Source: Candidatus Nealsonbacteria bacterium
GTDB taxonomy: Bacteria; Patescibacteriota; Minisyncoccia; Minisyncoccales; UBA6532
Length of the DNA stretch: 64,000 nucleotides
Direction of reading: 5' to 3'
Assembly: GCA_016186485.1 (NCBI GenBank)
Contig: JACPLN010000002.1
Coordinates: 1,548 to 65,547 of the forward strand
Part shown: in pieces, positions 1 through 8,831 of the stretch
Position numbering within the stretch: position 1 is the first letter of the stretch
How the letters are laid out: each line of letters opens with the position of its first letter
The notes under the pieces: generated by a model
Seen by the model: only the letters and a program-made list of their open reading frames with translations
What the model was told of the DNA's origin: nothing
The model's database searches: none
Program-made: the position numbers and the translations under genes

Positions 1-1
1 C

Positions 2-451
2 GATACCCCAAAAGATATGTACGGCAAAATAATGAGCCTTAAAGACAATCTGATAATTCACTATTTTGAGCTTTGCACAGACGTGCCACAAAAAGAAGTT
101 AAGAAATTAAAACCCCTTAAAGCCAAGGCAAGGCTGGCAAGGGAGATAACGGCTTTTTATCACGGGCGGAAAGCCGCCCTATTAGCCGAAAAAGAATTTA
201 ATAGGGTTTTCAAAGAAAAGAAGCTGCCCTCAAATATCCCGGCATTTAAAGCCAAAGAGGAGGTACGTAATATTTTAGATTTTCTGACCCAAAGCCGGCT
301 GGCCCCCTCAAGATCGGAAGCAAAAAGACTGGTTTTACAAAAAGGAGTAAAGCTGGACGGGAAAATTATCGCAAACTGGAATGATGATTTGAAAATAAAA
401 AAAGGACAAGTTTTGCGCGTTGGAAAGAAAAAGTTTGTTAAAATAGTATAG
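2..451 (+). CDS. tyrS: Tyrosyl-tRNA synthetase, C-terminal fragment (5' end lies outside the window)
   Basis: The frame is open from the window edge. It contains the DMYGKIMS motif and a C-terminal S4-like RNA-binding segment, SRSEAKRLVLQKGVKLDG. Confidence 0.8.
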   Translation, partial: DTPKDMYGKIMSLKDNLIIHYFELCTDVPQKEVKKLKPLKAKARLAREITAFYHGRKAALLAEKEFNRVFKEKKLPSNIPAFKAKEEVRNILDFLTQSRLAPSRSEAKRLVLQKGVKLDGKIIANWNDDLKIKKGQVLRVGKKKFVKIV

Positions 452-472
452 CTTTCTATCGGATAAAAAATA

Positions 473-496
473 CTCCCCCGACTTAAATCGGGGGAG
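473..496 (-). terminator. Rho-independent terminator hairpin, probably bidirectional
   Basis: A 9-bp GC-rich stem CTCCCCCGA/TCGGGGGAG with a 6-nt loop. On the minus strand it is followed by TATTTTTTAT. On the plus strand it lies about 20 nt after the tyrS stop and is preceded by an A-run. Confidence 0.6.
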
Positions 497-502
497 GGTG
501 AT

Positions 503-640
503 TTACTCTATTTCTTCTTCTTCCTCGTCAGACTCTTCTTCGCTTTCTTTCTCGTCGCTTTCTTCGGTCTCTTCCTCATCCGCATCCCCTTCTTGACCAA
601 CGAGAGAAGTTGGTTCTTGGTTTTCTTTTTCGTAAATCAT
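503..640 (-). CDS. Hypothetical 45-aa extremely acidic micro-protein (MIYEKENQEPTSLVGQEGDADEEETEESDEKESEEESDEEEEEIE)
   Basis: ATG at 640 and TAA at 503-505, followed directly by the terminator hairpin. No clear SD. It is below the ORF-track size cutoff and was translated by hand. Confidence 0.3.
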   Translation of the reverse strand: MIYEKENQEPTSLVGQEGDADEEETEESDEKESEEESDEEEEEIE

Positions 641-715
641 AATTAAAGGTTATTTTTCAGCTTTACTCGACCTTTTCAGGTTACATGGCCTATTTTAATC
701 CCTTAAAAGAGTTTG

Positions 716-1198
716 TCAAGCCTCCTTTTTCCCCAAAGACAACGCACAGGATATTGCTGCCGCTAAAGCGTCTGCCGCGTCATCGGATTTGGGAATATCT
801 TTTAAATTCAGCGTTTTCTGAACCATTTTTTGCATTTGTTTTTTTTCCGCCCTTCCGTAGCCAGTCACGGCCATTTTTATTTGCGGGGGAGTGAATTCAT
901 ATGTCGGGATTTTCTTTTGCGCGGCGCAAAGCAGAACAACCCCTTTTGCTTGGCTTACCGGTATAGCTGTCTTCGCGTTCTTAAAGAAAAAAATATTCTC
1001 TACAGAAATTGCTTCGGGTTCGTGTTTCTCAATGATTTTATTTAATTGACTGCTTATAATTTTTAGTCTTTCTCCGGCAGGGAGGCCAGACTTTGTTTTT
1101 ATACAGCCGTAATCTAAGCATTTTAGGCTATTTTTAGACTTTTTTATGACCCCGTATCCGGTGATGGCTGTCCCGGGGTCTATGCCCAGTATGATCAT
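716..1198 (-). CDS. ruvC: Holliday junction resolvase RuvC
   Basis: The N-terminus MIILGIDPGTAITGYGVI and a C-terminal DAADALAAA-type motif; the 160-aa length is typical. Confidence 0.9.
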   Translation of the reverse strand: MIILGIDPGTAITGYGVIKKSKNSLKCLDYGCIKTKSGLPAGERLKIISSQLNKIIEKHEPEAISVENIFFFKNAKTAIPVSQAKGVVLLCAAQKKIPTYEFTPPQIKMAVTGYGRAEKKQMQKMVQKTLNLKDIPKSDDAADALAAAISCALSLGKKEA

Positions 1199-1206
1199 AA
1201 ATTATT

Positions 1207-1944
1207 CTAAGATGCTAAATTTGAGTATATTTCCTGCACGGCGTCATTTTCATCAAGGGCCTCAAACAGCTTTTCTAATAACGTTTTATCTTTTTCGTTT
1301 ACCGGGACTACTTCTTTTGCCAGCCAATCCAATGAAGCAGACTCCGTCTTTATATCCTTTTCTTCCAAGTATTTCTTTACTTTATATAAATCCTCGGGTT
1401 TGGTATAGACATCAATCAAATCGTTCTCCTGGTAAATATCTTCTGCGCCGGCTTCTATGGCCATAAGCTCAATTTCCTCTTTGCTTTTGGGATTTGGGAC
1501 CTGTGTTTTATGGTCTATCGTTATTACTCCTTTCCTTTCAAATAACCATTTAATAGATCCTTCGCCGGCTATCTTGCCGCCGTTTTCCTGAAGAATTTTT
1601 TTTATATCTCCCAGAGCGCGATTCTTGTTATCGGTAATTCCCTCAATAATAATGGCGACCCCGCCCGGGCCATAAGCTTCAAAAATCATTTCTTCTAATT
1701 TTGCCGATTCTTCAGTTGAGCCAGCCGCTTTTTTAACCGCTCTTTCAATGTTTTCTGAAGGCATATGCGCCCCCCTGGCTTTTTCAATGGCAACGCGAAG
1801 CTTGGGGTTGGTGGCAGGATCCGTCCCTCCCTCTTTTACGGCTATGGTTACCATCCTATTTATTTTAGAAAAAACCTGACCCCTTTTTTGGTCGGATATT
1901 TCCTTCTGATGCTTTATTTTTTTTGCATGCGAATGTCCAGACAT
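1207..1944 (-). CDS. yebC: YebC/PmpR family DNA-binding regulator
   Basis: MSGHSHAKKIKHQK...RGQVFSK...AIEKARGAHMPSENIERAVKKA, a classic YebC signature. The yebC-ruvC adjacency is widely conserved. Confidence 0.9.
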   Translation of the reverse strand: MSGHSHAKKIKHQKEISDQKRGQVFSKINRMVTIAVKEGGTDPATNPKLRVAIEKARGAHMPSENIERAVKKAAGSTEESAKLEEMIFEAYGPGGVAIIIEGITDNKNRALGDIKKILQENGGKIAGEGSIKWLFERKGVITIDHKTQVPNPKSKEEIELMAIEAGAEDIYQENDLIDVYTKPEDLYKVKKYLEEKDIKTESASLDWLAKEVVPVNEKDKTLLEKLFEALDENDAVQEIYSNLAS

Positions 1945-1953
1945 AATACTTTT

Positions 1954-2493
1954 CTATGATACCATTTTTCTTTTGATAGTCAAAGAAACAATTATAGAAA
2001 TAACAGATATTGCCAGGGCGGCAATAAAAATAATGGGTTTTGGGCTTTGTTGGCCCGCCAAAGCTAGATTTATTTCTTTAGTTTCCAATTTTTGTCCCTG
2101 GTTTTGCGTAACGACTTCGGGAGGGGAAATAATTGGCCCCGGTTTTTGATTAGATTCTTCCCCTTGCGGTTTATTGATTGCTTCTGGTTTTGGTTCCGTC
2201 TCTGGTTGAAATTCGGTCTGGGGCGAAGGAGCAATCCAGGCCAAACCCTGTTCCTTAATGTCTCTAAGCCTGGCCTCGCCTATGCCCTTTATTTTTACAA
2301 GCTCATCTAAGGAAGAAAACGGTCTCAGAGAAATTAATTCCGACGCCCTAACCTCTCCTATGTGAATAATTTTGACCAGGTCTTCTAAGGGAGCGCTGTT
2401 GATGTCTATTCTCCCATCAGCAAAAACAAAATTAATCCGCCCAAAAAAGAGACCCGAGAACAAAAAAATAAAAATAAGGCAATAAACTTTCAT
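1954..2493 (-). CDS. comEA: ComEA-like helix-hairpin-helix DNA-binding protein, membrane anchored
   Basis: An N-terminal hydrophobic anchor, HhH repeats INSAPLEDLVKI and IKGIGEARLRDI, a Pro/Glu-rich linker and a C-terminal TM segment. Confidence 0.75.
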   Translation of the reverse strand: MKVYCLIFIFLFSGLFFGRINFVFADGRIDINSAPLEDLVKIIHIGEVRASELISLRPFSSLDELVKIKGIGEARLRDIKEQGLAWIAPSPQTEFQPETEPKPEAINKPQGEESNQKPGPIISPPEVVTQNQGQKLETKEINLALAGQQSPKPIIFIAALAISVISIIVSLTIKRKMVS

Positions 2494-2496
2494 GGC

Positions 2497-3504
2497 CTAA
2501 AGCAGGTTTTGAGAAGCTTTGTATTTTATGCCCAGGTGCAGGTAGGCAAGCTTTGTGGCAAGCCTTCCCCGAGGAGTTCTTTCTATAAATCCAAGCTGCA
2601 TTAAATAGGGTTCGTAAATATCCAATATTGTATCTTGTTCTTGAGAGGCGGCGGCAGCTAAGGCCTGAAGACCAACCGGTCCTCCGCTGAACTTTTCAAT
2701 GATCGCTTCCAAAATTCTTTTATCGCCCTCTTCCAGCCCCTTCTCATCAATTTCAAGAAATTCAAACGCTTTCTTGGCTAGCGCCATGGTGATAATGTTC
2801 CCTCCCTCTACTTGAGCGAAGTCCCTGACTCTTTTTAAGAGGCGGTTTGCCACCCTGGGGGTGTATCGCGATCTCTCGGCGATTAGATTAACTGCTTCTG
2901 GTTCAGGATTTACGCCTAAAAGATTTGCCGATCTTTGCAGGATTTTTTTAATGTCCTCTTTTTCATAAAAGTTAATCTGGAATGATGCCCCGAATCTGCT
3001 TCTTAACGGAGAAGACAAAAGGGCAATTCTGGTTGTGGCCCCGATAAGCGTAAACCTTGGCAGTTTTAACTCCATTGTTCTTGCCATAGGGCCTTTGCCG
3101 ATAACCAGATTTAGTTTAAAGTCTTCCATTGCCGGGTACAAATATTCTTCGCAAACCCTATTCAATCTGTGGCATTCGTCTAAAAAAATGACATCGTTTT
3201 CGGATAGATTCGTCAGAATGGCAGCTAAATCCCCCGCTCTTTCAATTGCCGGCCCCGAGGTTATCTTAATATTGGTTTTGAGTTCTTTGGCCACTAAATA
3301 AGCGAGGCTTGATTTGCCAAGTCCGCTTCCTCCGTAGAATAACAGGTGTTCCGGAGGCTCTTTTCTCTGTTTCGCCGCGTCAATAATGACTTTAAGATTC
3401 TTTTTTATCCTTTCTTGTCCAATATATTCTTCCCATTTTCTGGGCCTGAGAGCCGAATCTAAAGTAACGTCTTCTTGAATTGTTTTTGGGGGTGGGGTTG
3501 ACAT
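2497..3504 (-). CDS. ruvB: Holliday junction branch migration helicase RuvB
   Basis: Walker A GGSGLGKSSLA and Walker B IFLDECHRL, with a RuvB-type C-terminal winged helix. The start is taken at ATG 3504 (MSTPPP). The ORF-track extension to 3573 runs into the inverted-repeat element. Confidence 0.9.
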   Translation of the reverse strand: MSTPPPKTIQEDVTLDSALRPRKWEEYIGQERIKKNLKVIIDAAKQRKEPPEHLLFYGGSGLGKSSLAYLVAKELKTNIKITSGPAIERAGDLAAILTNLSENDVIFLDECHRLNRVCEEYLYPAMEDFKLNLVIGKGPMARTMELKLPRFTLIGATTRIALLSSPLRSRFGASFQINFYEKEDIKKILQRSANLLGVNPEPEAVNLIAERSRYTPRVANRLLKRVRDFAQVEGGNIITMALAKKAFEFLEIDEKGLEEGDKRILEAIIEKFSGGPVGLQALAAAASQEQDTILDIYEPYLMQLGFIERTPRGRLATKLAYLHLGIKYKASQNLL

Positions 3505-3543
3505 TTTAAAAATATCCTGATATAATAGATGGGTTAAAGGAGG

Positions 3544-3667
3544 AACCGGGAGTTGAGGGCCAAGGAATTTCACTTAGCCGGATAGTCTGGCGCGAGCGAG
3601 ACTGCTCCTCGGTGAAGTTCTAAACTTTACGTTCTTACACTAAAGTGTCGGCCCTCAACTCCCGGTT
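3544..3667. repeat. 124-bp element bounded by perfect 18-bp inverted repeats (AACCGGGAGTTGAGGGCC / GGCCCTCAACTCCCGGTT)
   Basis: Left arm 3544-3561 and right arm 3650-3667, read directly. The interior carries sub-hairpins at 3584-3603 and 3637-3648. The element starts 1 nt from the stop codon of the upstream ATPase gene. Confidence 0.8.
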
Positions 3668-3668
3668 T

Positions 3669-4937
3669 CTATTCTCCTGTCACTTTTTCTATTTCTTCTA
3701 TTGTTGTTACGCCTTCTATTACTTTTATAAAACCATCTTGTCTTGCCGTTATCATCCCTTCTTCTATTGCTTCTTTTCTCAAATCGGCGATAGACTGGTT
3801 TGTCAAAATTAATTTTTCTATTTTATCGGTAGCCAAAAGGGCTTCAAATATTCCTATTCTTCCGCGGTATCCAGTATGATTGCAGTAACTACAGCCCTTT
3901 GCCGCGGCTATCCTAAGCGAGGAAGCTATTTTTATATTTTTCACCCCCCTTAATTCTTTTTTTATTTTTTCCAAGTCTTTCGCTGAAATTTTTGTAAAAA
4001 CTGCGCATTTTTTACACACTTTCCTTACCAGTCTTTGGGCAACAGCCATATTAAGGGCGGGGCCGACATTAGACGGTTTTGCTCCCAGGGTAACAAGTCT
4101 TGAAACCGTTCCAGCCGCGTCATTTGTATGCAGGGTTGTAAATACAAGGTGCCCCGTGAGCGCGGCTTGGATTGCGATGTCTGCTGTTTCAGAATCCCTT
4201 ATTTCTCCAACCAATATTACATCGGGGTCCTGCCTGACAATAGCTTTTAATCCCGTTGCAAAATCATAATTCTGGCCCGGATTAACTTGTGTTTGGGAAA
4301 TTCCCGGCAGATGGTATTCAATGGGGTCTTCAATGGTAATAATTTTTATTTCAGGGCGCTGGATTGATTTTAAAAAAGAATAAAGGGTAGTAGTTTTCCC
4401 GGATCCGGTTGGACCGGTAACTATAATCATTCCGTAGGGTTTTTTAACCTCTTTTTTAAAGATATTTAATAATTCTTTTCTCAAGCCCAGTTCCTCTATG
4501 CTTATCAGGCTTTTTGGGTTAAGAATCCTCAAAACTATTGTTTCTCCATATTCTGTAGGGAGGGTTGATGCCCTAATTTCAATCGGAGTTTTATCAAGAA
4601 CAACAGAAAATCTGCCGTCTTGAGGTTTGTCTGAAACATTGATTTTTATTCCCGATAAAAGCTTGAATCTTGAAAGAACCGTTTCATAAATATCGTTTGG
4701 TAAAATGATAAGATCTTCTAAAACCCCATCCAGCCTGATCCTTATTTTTGTTTCTTCTTTCTGGGGTTCTAGGTGCAGGTCGGACGCGTAAAGATTTATT
4801 GCTCCAGCCAAAAGCGCGTTTACAATCTCTGTTACTGGATGCCCGAGGGTTTCATCCAGGACTTTTTTAAACGAGGAAACGCTTGAAATCGTTTTCCCCG
4901 CTAAAATCTCAATGCCGCCGGCGATTTCCTGATTCAT
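3669..4937 (-). CDS. GspE/PilB-family type II/IV secretion ATPase (short form)
   Basis: Walker A GPTGSGKTTT, Walker B/Asp box ILVGEIRD, His box TGHLVFTTLHTN, and the C-terminal tetracysteine CKKC...CSYC typical of PilB/GspE. Confidence 0.85.
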   Translation of the reverse strand: MNQEIAGGIEILAGKTISSVSSFKKVLDETLGHPVTEIVNALLAGAINLYASDLHLEPQKEETKIRIRLDGVLEDLIILPNDIYETVLSRFKLLSGIKINVSDKPQDGRFSVVLDKTPIEIRASTLPTEYGETIVLRILNPKSLISIEELGLRKELLNIFKKEVKKPYGMIIVTGPTGSGKTTTLYSFLKSIQRPEIKIITIEDPIEYHLPGISQTQVNPGQNYDFATGLKAIVRQDPDVILVGEIRDSETADIAIQAALTGHLVFTTLHTNDAAGTVSRLVTLGAKPSNVGPALNMAVAQRLVRKVCKKCAVFTKISAKDLEKIKKELRGVKNIKIASSLRIAAAKGCSYCNHTGYRGRIGIFEALLATDKIEKLILTNQSIADLRKEAIEEGMITARQDGFIKVIEGVTTIEEIEKVTGE

Positions 4938-6070
4938 AAAAGATCAAATATTTTTTCTTTTGCAATATTTAAGTCTTTTTCCTTGATTAAGAATAAAACT
5001 CCTTCTCCGTTGGAAGCCAAGCCGAAGCTCTCTGTAATTTTTCGCGTCGTTTCCTGGTTTGGAGAATAAAAAACACCGCGCACAGCAGGAGGAGAAGCGT
5101 GGCTTTCCCAGAGCAACAACAGAGGGGATGACTGGCCCAGATTCATCCTTAGTTCTGTTATAACCTCAGCCAAATCTTTCGGTTCGCTTTTTGTTTCAAA
5201 GAAGTCGTTTCTGGAAACGGATGCTGTGTAAACATCTTTTTCTTCGTCAAAATTAATTTTTTCAAAAACTTTACCCAAAAGCTTTATCTGATTAATATTT
5301 TTTGATGCCCGGAGACCAATGGTCGTTTTTTGATAATCGCCCCCTTTTTCAATCAGCCAAGAAATGCTTTCAAATGTTTGAGAACGCATTTTTGGCGCCC
5401 TGAAGTTGGAGGTTGCCGAGATTATCCCCGCTAAAAGATAATTGGCAATATCTTTATCAACAAGTTCTTGGTAAAGACTTCTAGTTACTTTGGTTATTAT
5501 CTCTGAAATAGCCAAAGCCTTCTCTCCGATTAAATTAACCTGTCCAAAACCTTCGTTGACTGTTTGGTTATCAATATTGATTATTGGAATTGATCTTAAA
5601 ACATCTTCTAAATTTACCTGGGGCAGTTCTTCCAACGATTTTGCCCCCACGGCAATCAATAAGTCCGGTTTTTCTTTTAGTAAAAGTTGGGAATTTTCTT
5701 CCGAAACAAAAAGATCGTTTTTATCAATCGCCCCCCGGTTAAAAGAAAGAAGAATTTTCAGGGCTCCATCGCTTTTTTCGTATTTCATTTCAGATATCTC
5801 TTTATTCTCGGCGTTGATGGTTATAACTATGTTCTTGCAGCCATTATTTTCCAGCGATCCAAGGGATTGGAATTTTTGAGGAATTTCTTTGGTTAAAAGA
5901 TTAACCCCTTTCCCAATTTTCTTTAACAGCAAATAAAGCGCGGCGGCCGAACAGAAAATATCGCCGGCTTGATGGGATCTTAGGGAAGGCAGGCAGTAAT
6001 TCTCGGGAAGCAAAATAAGGACTCTTTTAGCCCTGTCTATTAACGCCTTTGTTTCTAATAAGGGATTCAT
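4934..6070 (-). CDS. DHH/NrnA-like protein with degenerate catalytic motifs
   Basis: It is collinear with NrnA-type proteins (ANYLLAGIISATSNF compared with AGIVGDTGRF). DHH is replaced by DNQ (INIDNQTVNEGFG), and the DxD and GGGH motifs are absent. A 4-nt overlap joins it to the downstream ATPase gene. Confidence 0.6.
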   Translation of the reverse strand: MNPLLETKALIDRAKRVLILLPENYCLPSLRSHQAGDIFCSAAALYLLLKKIGKGVNLLTKEIPQKFQSLGSLENNGCKNIVITINAENKEISEMKYEKSDGALKILLSFNRGAIDKNDLFVSEENSQLLLKEKPDLLIAVGAKSLEELPQVNLEDVLRSIPIINIDNQTVNEGFGQVNLIGEKALAISEIITKVTRSLYQELVDKDIANYLLAGIISATSNFRAPKMRSQTFESISWLIEKGGDYQKTTIGLRASKNINQIKLLGKVFEKINFDEEKDVYTASVSRNDFFETKSEPKDLAEVITELRMNLGQSSPLLLLWESHASPPAVRGVFYSPNQETTRKITESFGLASNGEGVLFLIKEKDLNIAKEKIFDLL

Positions 6071-6141
6071 ATAACCAATTTCTTTGAATTACTACAAACT
6101 AGCTTATTTATAATTTCTCGTCAATATGATAAAAAAACTTA

Positions 6142-6606
6142 ATGAAAAAGACGGCCGTAATAATAACCAAGAGCGCAAGAGCAACCAAAAAATTTGGGGA
6201 AATCTTTGCAAAGGAAATATTAGAAAAGAAAGCCGGCAGCCGATCCCTCGTTATTGCCCTAGTGGGGGATCTTGGCTGCGGGAAGACCACATTCCTTCAG
6301 GGGTTCGCTAGGGGACTAGGCATTAAAGAGAGGGTTTTAAGCCCGACTTTCATTCTCGTCAAGAGATTTCAATTAAACAGTCTAACAATGAAACAATTTA
6401 ACGATTTTTACCACATTGATTGTTATCGTTTGGGGAAGCCAAAAGAGTTATCGCAACTGGGATTTAAGGAGATTATTTTCAATCCCCGCAATATCGTTGC
6501 CATTGAATGGGCGGATAAAGTAAAGAAAACAATGCCGCCAAAAGCCATCTGGGTTAAGTTTCGGTTCGTAGATAAAAATAAAAGAAAGATAGTTGTGTTA
6601 AAATAG
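6142..6606 (+). CDS. tsaE: tRNA t6A37 biosynthesis ATPase TsaE
   Basis: The P-loop LVGDLGCGKTTFLQGFARGLG, SPTF, and HIDCYRL, which are TsaE/YjeE signatures. Confidence 0.85.
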   Translation: MKKTAVIITKSARATKKFGEIFAKEILEKKAGSRSLVIALVGDLGCGKTTFLQGFARGLGIKERVLSPTFILVKRFQLNSLTMKQFNDFYHIDCYRLGKPKELSQLGFKEIIFNPRNIVAIEWADKVKKTMPPKAIWVKFRFVDKNKRKIVVLK

Positions 6607-6610
6607 GTTT

Positions 6611-7531
6611 ATGACCCAAGACGGAAAGGAGCAACTAATTATTATAGACAGCAATGCGGTTATCCATAGGGCTTTTCATGCCTTGCCTCCGTTAACCGAC
6701 AAGAAAGGCGAAATGGTAAACGCGATTTACGGTTTCCTGCTCGTTCTTTTCAAAGCCATAAAAGAATTTCAGCCGGAATTTATTGCCGCTTGTTTTGATC
6801 TGCCCGCCCCAACCTTCCGTCACAAAAAGTTTAAAGAGTACAAGGCGAAAAGGCCGCCTGCCCCAAAAGAGCTTTATATGCAGATCCCTAAAGTAAAAGA
6901 AGTTTTGGCTGCTTTTAATATTCCGGTATTTGAAAAAGAAGGGTATGAAGCAGACGATCTGATTGGAACAATTGCAAAATTGGCCCCAAGACAGCAGGTT
7001 TTGCCCGAACTAGAAGCGGTAATCTTAACGGGAGACATGGATACCTTGCAGTTGGTTGACGACAAAACCAAGGTTTATGCCTTAAGCAGAGGGGTGAAAG
7101 AGGCAATTATTTACGATAGTGATAAAATTAGAGAGAGGTTCTCGGGCCTAAACCCGGATCAAATGCTTGATTTTAAAGCCTTAAAAGGAGATCCGTCTGA
7201 CAATATACCGGGAGTCCAGGGCATCGGAGAAAAGACCGCGATTAAAATAATAAAAGAAATCGGAAGCTTAGAAAGTTTTTACCAAAACCCCGAATCAAAA
7301 AGCTTGTTTCAAGAGAAGTTGCTGTCTTATAAAGACCAGATTTTATTCGCCAGGAATTTGAATCAGATCAAAAAAGACGTGCCGATAGACTTCAGGCTAG
7401 AGGATTGCCGTTTTAGCAAATTTGATAAAAACGAAGCAATTAAAATATTAGAAAAATTTGAGTTTTACAGTTTAATAAAGAGACTGCCGGAACTGCAGAA
7501 TAAAACATCCAGCCAGCAAAATTTACTTTAA
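6611..7531 (+). CDS. 5'-3' exonuclease / flap endonuclease (stand-alone Pol I N-terminal domain)
   Basis: A PIN-like N-terminus IIDSNAVIHRAFHA, acidic clusters YEADDLIGT and LTGDMDTLQL, and the H3TH motif GDPSDNIPGVQGIGEKTA. Confidence 0.85.
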   Translation: MTQDGKEQLIIIDSNAVIHRAFHALPPLTDKKGEMVNAIYGFLLVLFKAIKEFQPEFIAACFDLPAPTFRHKKFKEYKAKRPPAPKELYMQIPKVKEVLAAFNIPVFEKEGYEADDLIGTIAKLAPRQQVLPELEAVILTGDMDTLQLVDDKTKVYALSRGVKEAIIYDSDKIRERFSGLNPDQMLDFKALKGDPSDNIPGVQGIGEKTAIKIIKEIGSLESFYQNPESKSLFQEKLLSYKDQILFARNLNQIKKDVPIDFRLEDCRFSKFDKNEAIKILEKFEFYSLIKRLPELQNKTSSQQNLL

Positions 7532-8400
7532 TGCCAGAGCTGCCCGAGGTAGAAAACACAATAATGGGCTTAAGAAGAAATATTATCGGCAAAAAGTTTG
7601 CCGATGTTTGGACCGATTGGGCAAAAACAATAAAAAAACCAAAAGACTTTAAACAATTTAAGAAAGGAATTGCGGGCAAAAAGGTTTTGAAGATCAAGAG
7701 GAGGGGGAAAAACATTATTTTTGAGCTCTCTGGTAAAAAGACTCTTCTTATCCACCAAAAAATGACCGGCCATTTGCTTTTTGGCAAATGGAAGAAAAAA
7801 ATGGGCAAATGGATAGCGAGCAAGGGCCCCATGTCAGACCCAATGAACAGGTTTTTGCACCTGATTTTCATCTTTAGCGACGGCAAAATGATGGCCTTTT
7901 CCGATTTAAGGAAGTTTGGGAAAGTAGAGCTGTGGAAGCGAGAAGATTTCAAAAATAATTCAGATATTAATCAATTGGGACCCGAACCATTAGAGAAAAG
8001 TTTTAGCCTTTCAAGGTTTAAGAAAATCGCATACGGAAAAAAGGGGAAAATCAAGCAAGTTTTAATGGACCAGAAGGCTGTTTCCGGAATCGGGAACATT
8101 TATTCAGATGAAATTTTATGGCGGGCAAGGGTTCATCCCTTAAAGCCGGCAAATAAGCTGTCAGACAAAGAACTGAAAGATATTTACGGCGCAATGAAGG
8201 AAATTTTGCAAAAAGCGATAAAGTTAGGAGGAGAAAGCATTTCTGATTACAGAAAACCTGACGGAAAAAGAGGTAATTTCGATAAGATTAGAAAGATTTA
8301 TAGGAGAGAGGGCGAAAAGTGCTTTAGATGCTTGAATCCAATCAAAAGAATTAAGATTGGGGGAAGATCGGCGCATTATTGTCCTTTCTGCCAGAAATAG
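7531..8400 (+). CDS. mutM: Formamidopyrimidine-DNA glycosylase
   Basis: N-terminal MPELPEVE (catalytic Pro2/Glu3), the H2TH segment, and a C-terminal zinc finger CFRC...CPFC. Confidence 0.9.
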   Translation: MPELPEVENTIMGLRRNIIGKKFADVWTDWAKTIKKPKDFKQFKKGIAGKKVLKIKRRGKNIIFELSGKKTLLIHQKMTGHLLFGKWKKKMGKWIASKGPMSDPMNRFLHLIFIFSDGKMMAFSDLRKFGKVELWKREDFKNNSDINQLGPEPLEKSFSLSRFKKIAYGKKGKIKQVLMDQKAVSGIGNIYSDEILWRARVHPLKPANKLSDKELKDIYGAMKEILQKAIKLGGESISDYRKPDGKRGNFDKIRKIYRREGEKCFRCLNPIKRIKIGGRSAHYCPFCQK

Positions 8401-8426
8401 GGTAAAAAGGATTTAATTGGAGCAAT

Positions 8427-8831
8427 ATGTTAACCCAAAACGAAAAACAAAAAAGCCAAAACTACAATCAAAAACCAAAAACTGATTTGAAACAGAGAGC
8501 GTATTTGTATTCAATTAAATTGGTGAAATTCATTGATCAATTGTCCAAGGATTCTTCTTCGCAAATAATTGCAAAACAGCTTTTAAGATCGGGAACAAGC
8601 ATCGGAGCAAATATTGTTGAAGCCCACGGCTCATCAGGACGGAGAGATTTCGCTAATTTTTTCACACATGCTTTAAAATCGGCCAATGAAAGCAAGTACT
8701 GGTTGGGGCTATTAAGAGATACCCATAAAGCGCCAAAAGAAATCGTTGAAGTCTTGCTAAAAGAAACCATAGAATTATCCAATATTTTAGCCTCTAGCCT
8801 CATGACCATTAGAGGAAAAAAAACTTTTTGA
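8427..8831 (+). CDS. Four-helix-bundle protein (23S rRNA intervening-sequence protein family)
   Basis: QLLRSGTSIGANIVEAHGSSGRRDFANFFTHALKSANESKYWLGLL is the family signature. The N-terminal 20 aa are encoded by a heptad-periodic A-rich tract. Confidence 0.75.
   Translation: MLTQNEKQKSQNYNQKPKTDLKQRAYLYSIKLVKFIDQLSKDSSSQIIAKQLLRSGTSIGANIVEAHGSSGRRDFANFFTHALKSANESKYWLGLLRDTHKAPKEIVEVLLKETIELSNILASSLMTIRGKKTF

Noticed and set aside
3544-3667. The possibility that the inverted-repeat element is the SRP (4.5S) RNA; GGAGCAG and UAAGUGAAA resemble domain IV strings.
   Set aside because: The GGAGCAG-like segment lies on the 5' side of the apical hairpin, whereas SRP RNA has it on the 3' side. There is no GNRA-closed helix 8 with the symmetric and asymmetric loops on either strand.
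7440-7952. A 170-aa minus-strand ORF. The same applies to other long antisense ORFs, for example 18489-18971, 24863-25432, 30145-30762, 40682-41077 and 61754-62284.
   Set aside because: Each lies entirely antisense to a gene with strong family motifs (mutM, AAA-Lon, rtcB, ftsH, korA, lonB). They are typical shadow ORFs of AT-rich, Lys/Glu-rich coding regions.
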